DNA of 64,000 nucleotides from NCBI RefSeq assembly GCF_056712565.1, contig NZ_CM160072.1; one strand, 5' to 3'. Shown piece by piece: positions 55,124 to 64,000 of this stretch (position 1 is its first letter; each line of letters starts with the position of its first letter). The notes under the pieces were generated by a model. It saw only the letters and a program-made list of their open reading frames with translations, ran no database searches and was not told where the DNA came from. The position numbers and the translations under genes were made by a program.

Positions 55124-57855
55124 CCCTCCTGTTTTTTCAGCAGCAGGATGCTTAAGCCCATCACCAGCGGTATGGCTATCAGCAACGGGATAAAAAGTTG
55201 CCACAAATCAGTCAGATCCAGCGCTTTCGAGAACGTTCCGCGGGCGATAGTCAGAAAATGACTGGTGGGATAAACCTCGCCGATCCAACGTCCTGGACCT
55301 TCCAGCGAAGCTACCGGATCGATCATCCCGGAAAACTGTGTCGCCGGGATCAACGTGATAATTGCCGTACCGAAAATGGCGGCAATCTGGCTTTTCATAA
55401 AGGTGGAGATCAGCAGCCCCATTCCGGTGGCGATGATGATATACAGCAGCGCCGCCAGGGTGAGAGTCAGGAAACTGCCTTTATGCGGTACGCCAAACAC
55501 AAACACCGACAGGGCGCAGAGCAGGAAAAAGTTCAGCATCCCCAGCGCGATGTATGGCAGCTGTTTGCCAAGTAAAAATTCGCTACGGGTGGTGGGGGTC
55601 ACGTAAAGGTTGATAATCGACCCTAGCTCTTTTTCCCGCACCACGCTAAGGGCGCTTAGCATTGACGGGATCATCATCAGCAGAAGCGGGATCACCGCCG
55701 GAACAATCGCCGGCAGGCTTTTTACGTCCGGGTTATAGCGATAGCGCGTCTCAATATTCATCAGCCCGCTTTGGCTGGCGGGTGTGGACTGTCGGCTCGC
55801 CACATCCTGTAGCCAGCTCTGGTGCATGGCCTGCACGTAACCTTTTACCGTTTCGGCGCGGCTCGGCATCGCACCGTCGATCCAGACACCGAGTTCCACG
55901 GGCGTACCACGCGCGATATCGCGCCCGAAATTAGGAGGGATCTCAATTGCCACCGTGATATCGCCCGCACGCATCCGACGATCAAGCTCGTCATAACTGG
56001 TGAGCGGCGGCTGTTCGATAAAGTAACGGGAACCGGAGAGATTGAGCGTCCACGCCTGGCTACTGACGGTTTGATCGCGGTCAAGCACCGCAAAGCGCAG
56101 GTTTTCCACATCCATACTGATGCCATAACCCATTATCAGCATCAGGATCACCGTTCCCATCAGCGCCAGCGTCGAACGTACCGGATCGCGTCGCAGTTCC
56201 AGCGCTTCGCGGCGGCTGTAGCTAAACAGACGGCGCAGGCTGAATCCCTGACGTGGCGCGTGGGTAGTGTCATGTACCACAGGCGGCGCTTCGGCTTCGT
56301 TGCTCTGCCCTGCCGCTTCCTGCAAATAAGCGATAAATGCCTCTTCCAGACTGGCGGCTCCGCGTTTCTCAACCAGTTCCGGCGGTGTACCGCTGGCGAG
56401 CACTTTTCCAGCGTGCATCAGTGAGATACGGTCACAACGTTCCGCTTCGTTCATAAAGTGGGTGGAGATGAAGATAGTCACTTTGTCCTGACGCGAGAGA
56501 TCCACCATCAACTGCCAGAACATATCCCTCGCCACCGGATCGACGCCAGAAGTCGGCTCATCGAGGATTAGCATCTCCGGGCGATGAATCACCGCCACCG
56601 CCAGCGATAGCCGCTGGCGAATGCCGAGCGGCAATGACTCCGGCAATACATCTTCGACGTCGTTGAGCTTAAAACGCTCGCTCATTTCAGCCACTCGCGC
56701 GGGAATTTCCGCTTCCGGGATATGAAACAGACGAGCATGTAACTCCAGGTTTTGCCGCACGGTGAGTTCGTTATAGAGCGAAAACGCCTGCGACATATAG
56801 CCCACCCGGCGACGAGTATCGATATCTTTTGGATCAACCGGCTGCCCGAACAGCCACGCCTCACCTTCGCTGGCGGGCAGCAATCCGGTAAGCATTTTCA
56901 TGGTGGTGGATTTACCGCAGCCATTCGAACCAAGAAAACCAAAAATCTCCCCGCGTGGAATGCGGAAATTGACGTGATCAACGGCAACGAAGGAACCAAA
57001 ACGCATGGTCAGATCGCGCGCTTCGATGGCAATCTCTGCGTTTTCAGGTTGATACGGTGGGATCACTACCGCCTGATGCGCCTGGCGTTGCGCTTGCGGT
57101 AACAGATTAATAAATGCTTCTTCCAGCGTGGCGCTTTGCGTTTGCTGTCGCAGCTCTTCGGCGCTGCCAGTTGCCAGCACTTTTCCGGCATTCATCGCTA
57201 CCAGCCAGTCGAAGCGTTCGGCCTCTTCCATGTAGGCGGTGGCGACCAGCACGCTCATATTGCTCTGCCGCTGGCGAATACTGTCGATCAGATCCCAGAA
57301 CTGGGCGCGGGAGAGCGGGTCAACCCCCGTTGTTGGCTCATCAAGAATCAACAATTCCGGGTCGTGGATTAACGCACAGCACAGCCCAAGTTTTTGCTTC
57401 ATCCCACCGGAGAGTTTCCCTGCCGGACGATCGCGAAACGGTGCTAATCCGGTGCTGGTCAGCAGCTCATTAATTCGCACTTCCCGCTCCGCTTTGTCGT
57501 GACCGAACAGGCGGGCGAAAAAATCGACGTTTTCATACACCGACAAGGTGTGGTAGAGATTTTTGCCCAGCCCCTGCGGCATCCAGGCGATGCGCGGGCA
57601 GACGTCGCGGCGATGCTTCGGGTCGCGCATATCGCCGCCCAGCACCATCACGCTGCCCTGCTCAATGACGCGGGCACCGGAAATCAACGACAACAAGCTC
57701 GATTTACCGACACCATCCGGTCCAATCAGCCCGACCATGCAACGGGCCGGAATATCGAGTGTGATATTGTTCAGCGCAACGGTTTTTCCATAATGCTGGC
57801 TCACGCCCGCCAGTTGCGCGACAGGCGGGACGGGAACCAGTTCCAGATGCGTCAT
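55120..57855 (-). CDS. rbbA: Ribosome-associated ATPase (tandem ABC domains fused to a permease domain)
   Basis: 911 aa; two Walker A motifs ([18 protein letters not shown]) and C-terminal membrane domain; matches RbbA. Confidence 0.9.
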
Positions 57856-58919
57856 TGCGGCAACCTCACCACCAGGTCGTCAGGCCACGGAAGTTCTTCA
57901 TTCACCCGCACCCACGCTACGCCCGGCAATCCGGTTTTGACATATTCCAGATGCTGCTGGAGTAATTCCGGTGGGATACGCGCTTTGACGCGGAACATCA
58001 GTTTCAGCCGCTCATCGCTGGTTTCGACGGTTTTTGGCGTGAACTGGGCGACGCTGGCGACAAAACTGATGGTTGCAGGAATACGCAGATCTGGTGCAGC
58101 ATCAAGAATCAAACGTGCTTCACCGCCCAGTTTCAGCGTGCCCGCCTGTTCGGTTGGCAGAAAGAAGGTCATATAGACGTCGCTGAGATCGACCATATTC
58201 AGCACCCGACCGCCTGCTGCCAGCACTTCGCCTGGCTCGGCAACCCGATACTGCACGCGTCCGTCACGCGGGGCTTTCAGTTCGCTGTCATCGATATCTG
58301 CGGCAATGCGCCGTTCAGTGGCTTGTGCCGCTTCGACGCGAGTTTGCGCCTGAATGATATTGGTGCGTGCCGCCTCTATAGCGGCTTTAGAAGCAGAAAC
58401 CTGAGCTTTTGCCGATTCCAGCGCAGCTCGGGCGCTCTCAGCGGCGGCGCGGTCGTCATCCAACTGTTGCGCAGAAATTGCCCCCCGTTGTGCCAGTGAG
58501 CGGGAACGCGTATGACGTTTTGCTACGGAGTCCAGTTCTGCCTGGCGTTGATTAACCAGCGACTGTGCGGCACGAGTTTCGCTTTGGCGTTGCTCCAGCA
58601 AAGCCTGCGCGGCGGCAACGGCACTTTGTGCTTCTTTGATTTGCGCGATGGCTTCCAGTCGCTGTTCCTGCAACACGCGAGTATCCATCTTCGCCAGCAC
58701 TTCACCTTCTCGAACAAACTGGCCTTCTTTCACCAGAATGGTGTCGATACGCCCGGCAATTTTGCTGGCGATATCCACTTCCGTCGCTTCAATGCGCCCA
58801 TTGCTGACAGCAAAGCCTTCCGGCACACCCGCCGGGCGCAACAGCCACCACGCCACGACGGCAGCCACCGCCAGTGCCCCGACACCCCACCACGCCAGAT
58901 GGCGCTTACTCTTATCCAT
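57852..58919 (-). CDS. yhiI: HlyD-family membrane fusion protein
   Basis: 355 aa; N-terminal TM anchor and long coiled-coil region; 4-bp overlap with rbbA. Confidence 0.85.
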   Translation of the reverse strand: MDKSKRHLAWWGVGALAVAAVVAWWLLRPAGVPEGFAVSNGRIEATEVDIASKIAGRIDTILVKEGQFVREGEVLAKMDTRVLQEQRLEAIAQIKEAQSAVAAAQALLEQRQSETRAAQSLVNQRQAELDSVAKRHTRSRSLAQRGAISAQQLDDDRAAAESARAALESAKAQVSASKAAIEAARTNIIQAQTRVEAAQATERRIAADIDDSELKAPRDGRVQYRVAEPGEVLAAGGRVLNMVDLSDVYMTFFLPTEQAGTLKLGGEARLILDAAPDLRIPATISFVASVAQFTPKTVETSDERLKLMFRVKARIPPELLQQHLEYVKTGLPGVAWVRVNEELPWPDDLVVRLPQ

Positions 58920-59652
58920 AATCGATCCGCCATAATCCCTGTAAGCAATCGACGCGTGTTACAACTGCCACCGAACGATGTTCAGCGGATTCTTCCATCC
59001 GGGATAAGAAGGAAATGGCAAATACGACCAGCGCACAGAGCATTGAGCGCCAATGGGGAAGGCTTAGTGAAAACGGGTAGTAATGTTGTCATCATCAGCA
59101 TTCCTGGCCGTAAATGAAACACGCATACTCATAAGTGAAATCAATTAAATACTAACAGTTATATTCATGTTGTCTATTTGATTGCCATCAACTTGTGATA
59201 CATCGCGATGTTCTTCCGTTCGCTGGTGTTTTTTCCAAAAATATTCTGTACAGGTTCACAGATTCTGTTGCACAGGTTTCCGTAACAGGGAAACCTGATG
59301 ACTATCACATAACGTTATTATCGCCTGATGTGCGAATAAATACCGAATATAAAATAATTTATTCTGAAAAGATGATAGATGATAAAGGTTCGTGGGTTTA
59401 ATAAAATATTCCCTAAAAGATTCATTTAAAACAACAAAATAAGATAAAGATATTAATTCAGAGTTTATCTTAGGATAAATATTTATTTAATAGCATTAAC
59501 TCACCGCTAAAAGTTGATCCCCATAACGCTAAATCCGATTATAGTGAAGTTACTTTTTTTAATTGATGGCATCTTATAGACATATTTAACTAACTGAAAA
59601 GACGAATCATATGTTTTTCGAAGTGTAGCAGAAAATATATATGGGGTTTAAA

Positions 59653-60705
59653 ATGAATATATATATCGGATGGTTGTTTAAATTAATTCCTTTACTGATG
59701 GGTATAATATGCATCGCATTAGGTGAGTTTGTATTAACCGGTTCTGGGCAAAGTGAATATTTCGTTGCAGGGCATGTTCTGATTTCTCTTTCTGCGATAT
59801 GTCTAGCATTGTTCACTACCGCATTTATTATTATATCTCAGTTAACTCACGGCATGAATAAATTCTACAACAGGTTATTTCCTGTTATTGGTTATGCCGG
59901 TTCTGCTACAACTATGATTTGGGGATGGTCACTGTTGGCAAGCAATAATGTGATGGCAGATGAATTTGTCGCCGGTCATGTTATTTTCGGCGTTGGCATG
60001 ATTGCCGCTTGTGTATCAACCGTAGCGGCATCTTCCGGACATTTTCTGTTGATCCCCAAAAACGCCTCGGGCAGTAAGAGTGACGGTACGCCATTGCAGG
60101 CCTATTCTTCAACAATCGGTAATTGCTTAATTGCCGTTCCCGTTCTGCTTACTCTCTTTGGTTTCATTTGGTCAGTCGTACTGTTACGTAGTGCAGATAT
60201 CACACCACATTATGTTGCAGGTCACGTACTAATGGGGTTAACGGCAATTTGCGCTTGTCTTATTGGCCTTGTCGCCACTATTGTCCATCAAACGCGGAAT
60301 ACGTTCTCAGTGAAAGAACATTGGCTGTGGTGCTATTGGGTTATTTTGCTTGGCTCACTTACCATTATTTTTGGTATCTACGTATTAATCAGTTCAGATG
60401 CAAGCGCCCGCCTGGCCCCCGGCATTATTCTCATTTGCCTGGGGATGATCTGCTACAGTATTTTCTCCAAAGTGTGGTTGTTAGCGCTGGTATGGCGACG
60501 CACATGTTCGTTAGCCAACAGAATACCCATGATTCCGGTATTTACCTGTCTGTTTTGTCTGTTCCTTGCTGCGTTCCTGGCTGAAATTGCGCAAACCGAT
60601 ATGGCTTACTTTATTCCTTCGCGAGTTCTGGTTGGCTTAGGTGCAGTTTGTTTTACACTGTTTTCCATCGTTTCTATATTAGAAGCGGGTTCAGCGAAAA
60701 AATAA
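59653..60705 (+). CDS. yhiM: Inner membrane protein (DUF2776), acid-resistance associated
   Basis: About 350-aa polytopic membrane ORF; matches YhiM. Confidence 0.8.
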   Translation: MNIYIGWLFKLIPLLMGIICIALGEFVLTGSGQSEYFVAGHVLISLSAICLALFTTAFIIISQLTHGMNKFYNRLFPVIGYAGSATTMIWGWSLLASNNVMADEFVAGHVIFGVGMIAACVSTVAASSGHFLLIPKNASGSKSDGTPLQAYSSTIGNCLIAVPVLLTLFGFIWSVVLLRSADITPHYVAGHVLMGLTAICACLIGLVATIVHQTRNTFSVKEHWLWCYWVILLGSLTIIFGIYVLISSDASARLAPGIILICLGMICYSIFSKVWLLALVWRRTCSLANRIPMIPVFTCLFCLFLAAFLAEIAQTDMAYFIPSRVLVGLGAVCFTLFSIVSILEAGSAKK

Positions 60706-60791
60706 TAAAAAAGGCTTCAGATAAGGCGTTGAGCGCCTTATCTGGTTTTATTCAGGTTAATCCCTCTGGTATCGAGAGCGCATTTTGCTTC

Positions 60792-61985
60792 TTATTCTGC
60801 CACCAAATCCTGCGCACAAGCCCATGCACTCGACCACGCCCACTGGAAGTTATAGCCCCCCAGCCAGCCGGTGACGTCCATCACTTCGCCGATGAAGTAC
60901 AGCCCAGGCACTTTGCGCGCTTCCATCGTCCGTGAAGAGAGTTCGTTGGTGTCCACGCCGCCGAGCGTCACTTCGGCAGTGCGATAGCCTTCAGTGCCGT
61001 TGGGTTGTACGCGCCAGTCAGTCAATGTGCTAATCAGTGTCTGTTGGTCACGCACGTTGAGCTGTTTTAGCGAGACATCCGGGATTTGCCCGAGTTGTTG
61101 TAACCGTTCAACCAACCGCTTCGGCAGATGAACCGCCAGCGTGTTTTTCAGGCTTTGATTCGGATGTGCATTACGCTGCTCATTCAGGAAGGTTTCGAGG
61201 TCCACATCCGGTAGCAGATTGATGCTGACAAATTCACCCGGTTGCCAGTAGCTGGAAATCTGCAACACCGCCGGTCCAGATAAGCCGCGGTGGGTGAAGA
61301 GTAAGTTCTCACGGAAAACGATACCGTTTTCAGCGGTAATCACGGAAGGCACCGCCACGCCCGCCAGCACCTGTAACTCCTCGAGCAACGGTTTATGCAG
61401 AGTGAATGGCACCAGACCCGCACGGGTCGGCAGCACGTTGAGGCCGAATTGTTCGGCAATCTTATAACCAAACGGCGATGCACCCAGCCCCGGCATTGAC
61501 AGTCCACCGGTCGCAATGACCAGCTTTTCGCAACCGACAGTCATGCCGTTCAGTTCAAGCGTGAAGCCTGTATCATCCTTCGCCACGCTCAGCACTTCGC
61601 TACGCAATCTGAAGGCCACATTGCCCTTCTCGCACTCATCCACCAGCATGTCGACAATCTGCTGCGCGGAGTCATCGCAGAAGAGCTGCCCTAACGTTTT
61701 CTCGTGCCAGGCGATGCCGTGTTTATTGACCAGATCAATGAAATCCCACTGGGTAAAACGCGCGAGTGCAGACTTACAAAAATGCGGATTCTGGCTCAGA
61801 TAAGCGCCCGGTTCGACATAAAGGTTGGTAAAGTTGCAGCGCCCACCGCCAGACATGAGGATTTTGCGCCCTGGTTTTTTACCATTATCGATCAGCAGAA
61901 CCCGGCGTCCTGCCTGACCTGCCAACGCAGAACAGAACATCCCTGCCGCACCAGCGCCTATAATAATGGCATCAAACCTTTCCAC
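60792..61985 (-). CDS. yhiN: HI0933-family flavoprotein (FAD-dependent oxidoreductase-like)
   Basis: 397 aa; N-terminal FAD motif IIGAGAAGMF; matches YhiN. Confidence 0.85.
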   Translation of the reverse strand: MERFDAIIIGAGAAGMFCSALAGQAGRRVLLIDNGKKPGRKILMSGGGRCNFTNLYVEPGAYLSQNPHFCKSALARFTQWDFIDLVNKHGIAWHEKTLGQLFCDDSAQQIVDMLVDECEKGNVAFRLRSEVLSVAKDDTGFTLELNGMTVGCEKLVIATGGLSMPGLGASPFGYKIAEQFGLNVLPTRAGLVPFTLHKPLLEELQVLAGVAVPSVITAENGIVFRENLLFTHRGLSGPAVLQISSYWQPGEFVSINLLPDVDLETFLNEQRNAHPNQSLKNTLAVHLPKRLVERLQQLGQIPDVSLKQLNVRDQQTLISTLTDWRVQPNGTEGYRTAEVTLGGVDTNELSSRTMEARKVPGLYFIGEVMDVTGWLGGYNFQWAWSSAWACAQDLVAE

Positions 61986-62216
61986 GTTGCGCTCCTCTAA
62001 GAAAAAACGGGCGTGAATTGTAAAGATTCCTCAGTGGTCGCACCAGCATCAATATTACTAAAAGGAAGTATTTGCCTGAATTATATAAGATAATTATTTT
62101 TTGAGTGTAATCCATACAGGAGGCAAATCAAAAAAAGTCTATATTTCACTTTGCCCGCGCCGCGAAAGTCACTGATAATGCGCCGCGTTCATGTCCTCAA
62201 AATGGCGTAACGTCCT

Positions 62217-63716
62217 ATGCTACATTTGTTTGCTGGCCTGGATTTGCATACCGGGCTGTTATTATTGCTTGCACTGGCTTTTGTGCTGTTCTACGAAGCC
62301 ATCAATGGTTTCCATGACACAGCCAACGCCGTGGCAACCGTTATCTATACCCGCGCGATGCGTTCTCAGCTCGCCGTGGTTATGGCGGCGGTATTCAACT
62401 TTTTGGGTGTTTTGCTGGGTGGTCTGAGTGTTGCCTATGCCATTGTGCATATGCTGCCGACGGATCTGCTGCTTAATATGGGATCGTCTCATGGCCTTGC
62501 CATGGTGTTCTCTATGTTGCTGGCGGCGATTATCTGGAACCTAGGTACCTGGTACTTTGGTTTACCTGCATCCAGCTCTCATACGCTGATTGGCGCGATC
62601 ATCGGGATTGGTTTAACCAATGCGTTGATGACCGGGACGTCAGTGGTGGATGCACTCAATATCCCGAAAGTATTAAGTATTTTCGGTTCCCTGATCGTTT
62701 CCCCTATTGTCGGCCTGGTGTTTGCTGGCGGTCTGATTTTCTTGCTGCGTCGCTACTGGAGCGGCACCAAGAAACGCGCCCGTATCCACCTGACCCCAGC
62801 GGAGCGTGAAAAGAAAGACGGCAAGAAAAAGCCGCCGTTCTGGACGCGTATTGCGCTGATCCTTTCCGCTATCGGCGTGGCGTTTTCGCATGGCGCGAAC
62901 GATGGTCAGAAAGGCATTGGTCTGGTTATGTTGGTATTGATTGGTGTCGCACCAGCAGGCTTCGTGGTGAACATGAATGCCACTGGCTACGAAATCACCC
63001 GTACCCGTGATGCCATCAACAACGTCGAAGCTTACTTTGAGCAGCATCCTGCGCTGCTGAAACAAGCGACCGGTGCTGATCAGTTAGTACCGGCTCCGGA
63101 AGCTGGCGCAACGCAACCCGCGGAGTTCCATTGCCATCCGTCGAATACCATTAACGCGCTCAACCGCCTGAAAGGCATGTTGACTACCGATGTGGAAAGC
63201 TACGACAAGCTGTCGCTTGATCAACGTAGCCAGATGCGCCGCATTATGCTGTGCGTTTCTGACACTATCGACAAAGTGGTGAAGATGCCTGGCGTGAGTG
63301 CTGACGATCAGCGCCTGTTGAAGAAACTGAAGTCCGACATGCTTAGCACCATCGAGTATGCGCCGGTGTGGATCATCATGGCGGTCGCGCTGGCGTTAGG
63401 TATCGGTACGATGATTGGCTGGCGTCGTGTGGCAACGACTATCGGTGAGAAAATCGGTAAGAAAGGCATGACCTACGCTCAGGGGATGTCTGCCCAGATG
63501 ACGGCGGCTGTGTCTATCGGCCTGGCAAGTTATACCGGGATGCCGGTTTCCACTACTCACGTACTCTCCTCTTCTGTCGCGGGGACGATGGTGGTAGATG
63601 GCGGCGGCTTACAGCGTAAAACCGTAACCAGTATTCTGATGGCCTGGGTATTTACCCTTCCGGCTGCGGTACTGCTTTCCGGCGGGCTGTACTGGCTCTC
63701 CTTGCAGTTCCTGTAA
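62217..63716 (+). CDS. pitA: Low-affinity inorganic phosphate transporter
   Basis: 499-aa membrane ORF; matches PitA. Confidence 0.95.
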
Positions 63717-63733
63717 TCGTACGCACCAAAACG

Positions 63734-63763
63734 AGCGGGTCAGTTTACTGGCCCGCTTTTTTT
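63734..63763. terminator. Bidirectional rho-independent terminator between convergent pitA and uspB
   Basis: Hairpin agcgggtcagt/actggcccgct followed by TTTTTTT on the plus strand, 18 nt after the pitA stop. Confidence 0.7.
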
Positions 63764-63787
63764 ATGCGTCATTATTGCTGAAGTGCT

Positions 63788-64000
63788 TAATGCCAAATCA
63801 TCAATGCAATCAGGCTGACCACCACCAGACCACACAATGCGCTGGTCAGAATAAACTGCCGACGCACCCGCTCACAGCGGCGAATAAACTCATCATCGTG
63901 ATGATCGCGATAACGTTGGGCATAGATATACCAAACGAGACGCACCTGTTTGTTGGGTTGGCCATGTGAGGTAAAAAAGCCCCCTCCATCAACATATTGA
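63788..64000 (-). CDS. uspB: Universal stress protein B, C-terminal part; start lies beyond the window end
   Basis: Minus-strand translation from the window edge reads ...[67 protein letters not shown], matching the UspB C-terminus; stop complement at 63788-63790. Confidence 0.85.

Noticed and set aside
59195-59401. 68-codon plus-strand ORF in the yhiI-yhiM gap
   Set aside because: No Shine-Dalgarno sequence, AT-rich context, and no recognisable protein features; most likely non-coding.
63775-63969. 64-codon plus-strand ORF at the window end
   Set aside because: The minus strand here encodes the recognisable C-terminus of UspB; the plus-strand ORF is its antisense shadow.

Overview
This window reads as an Escherichia coli chromosomal segment syntenic with the K-12 region from yhgN/gntUKR to pitA/uspB, with two accessory sugar-PTS islands that I do not recall in K-12. 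All calls rest on reading the supplied ORF translations and the raw sequence against remembered protein families and K-12 gene order; no database search was run. The conserved backbone is yhgN (partial), gntU-gntK-gntR, yhhW, yhhX, the sRNA ryhB, yhhY, a yhhZ/yrhA/yrhB toxin-immunity locus, ggt, yhhA, ugpQCEAB, livFGMHK, panM, livJ, rpoH, ftsXEY, rsmD, yhhLMN, zntA, tusA, yhhQ, dcrB, yhhS, yhhT, acpT, nikABCDER, yhhJ-rbbA-yhiI, yhiM, yhiN, pitA and uspB (partial). The two most interesting regions are: (1) a ~5.3 kb island between livJ and rpoH encoding a mannose-family PTS (IIA, IIB, IIC, IID), a D-2-hydroxyacid dehydrogenase and a DapA/NanA-family lyase, with no regulator; (2) a ~5.9 kb island between nikR and yhhJ encoding a GntR/HutC regulator, a galactitol/ascorbate-type PTS (IIA, IIB, IIC), an FGGY sugar kinase, a dedicated HPr paralogue and a class II aldolase. 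Both look like uncharacterised carbohydrate catabolic modules. Two apparent gene inactivations are also visible: an in-frame TAA that cuts the HNH nuclease domain off the Hcp-toxin gene yhhZ, and a frameshift splitting ggt. Regulatory sites recognised include the ryhB Fur box, GntR, ZntR and NikR operators, the rpoH sigma-E promoter, several REP clusters and terminators. No CRISPR array, tRNA, rRNA, IS element or prophage gene was found.
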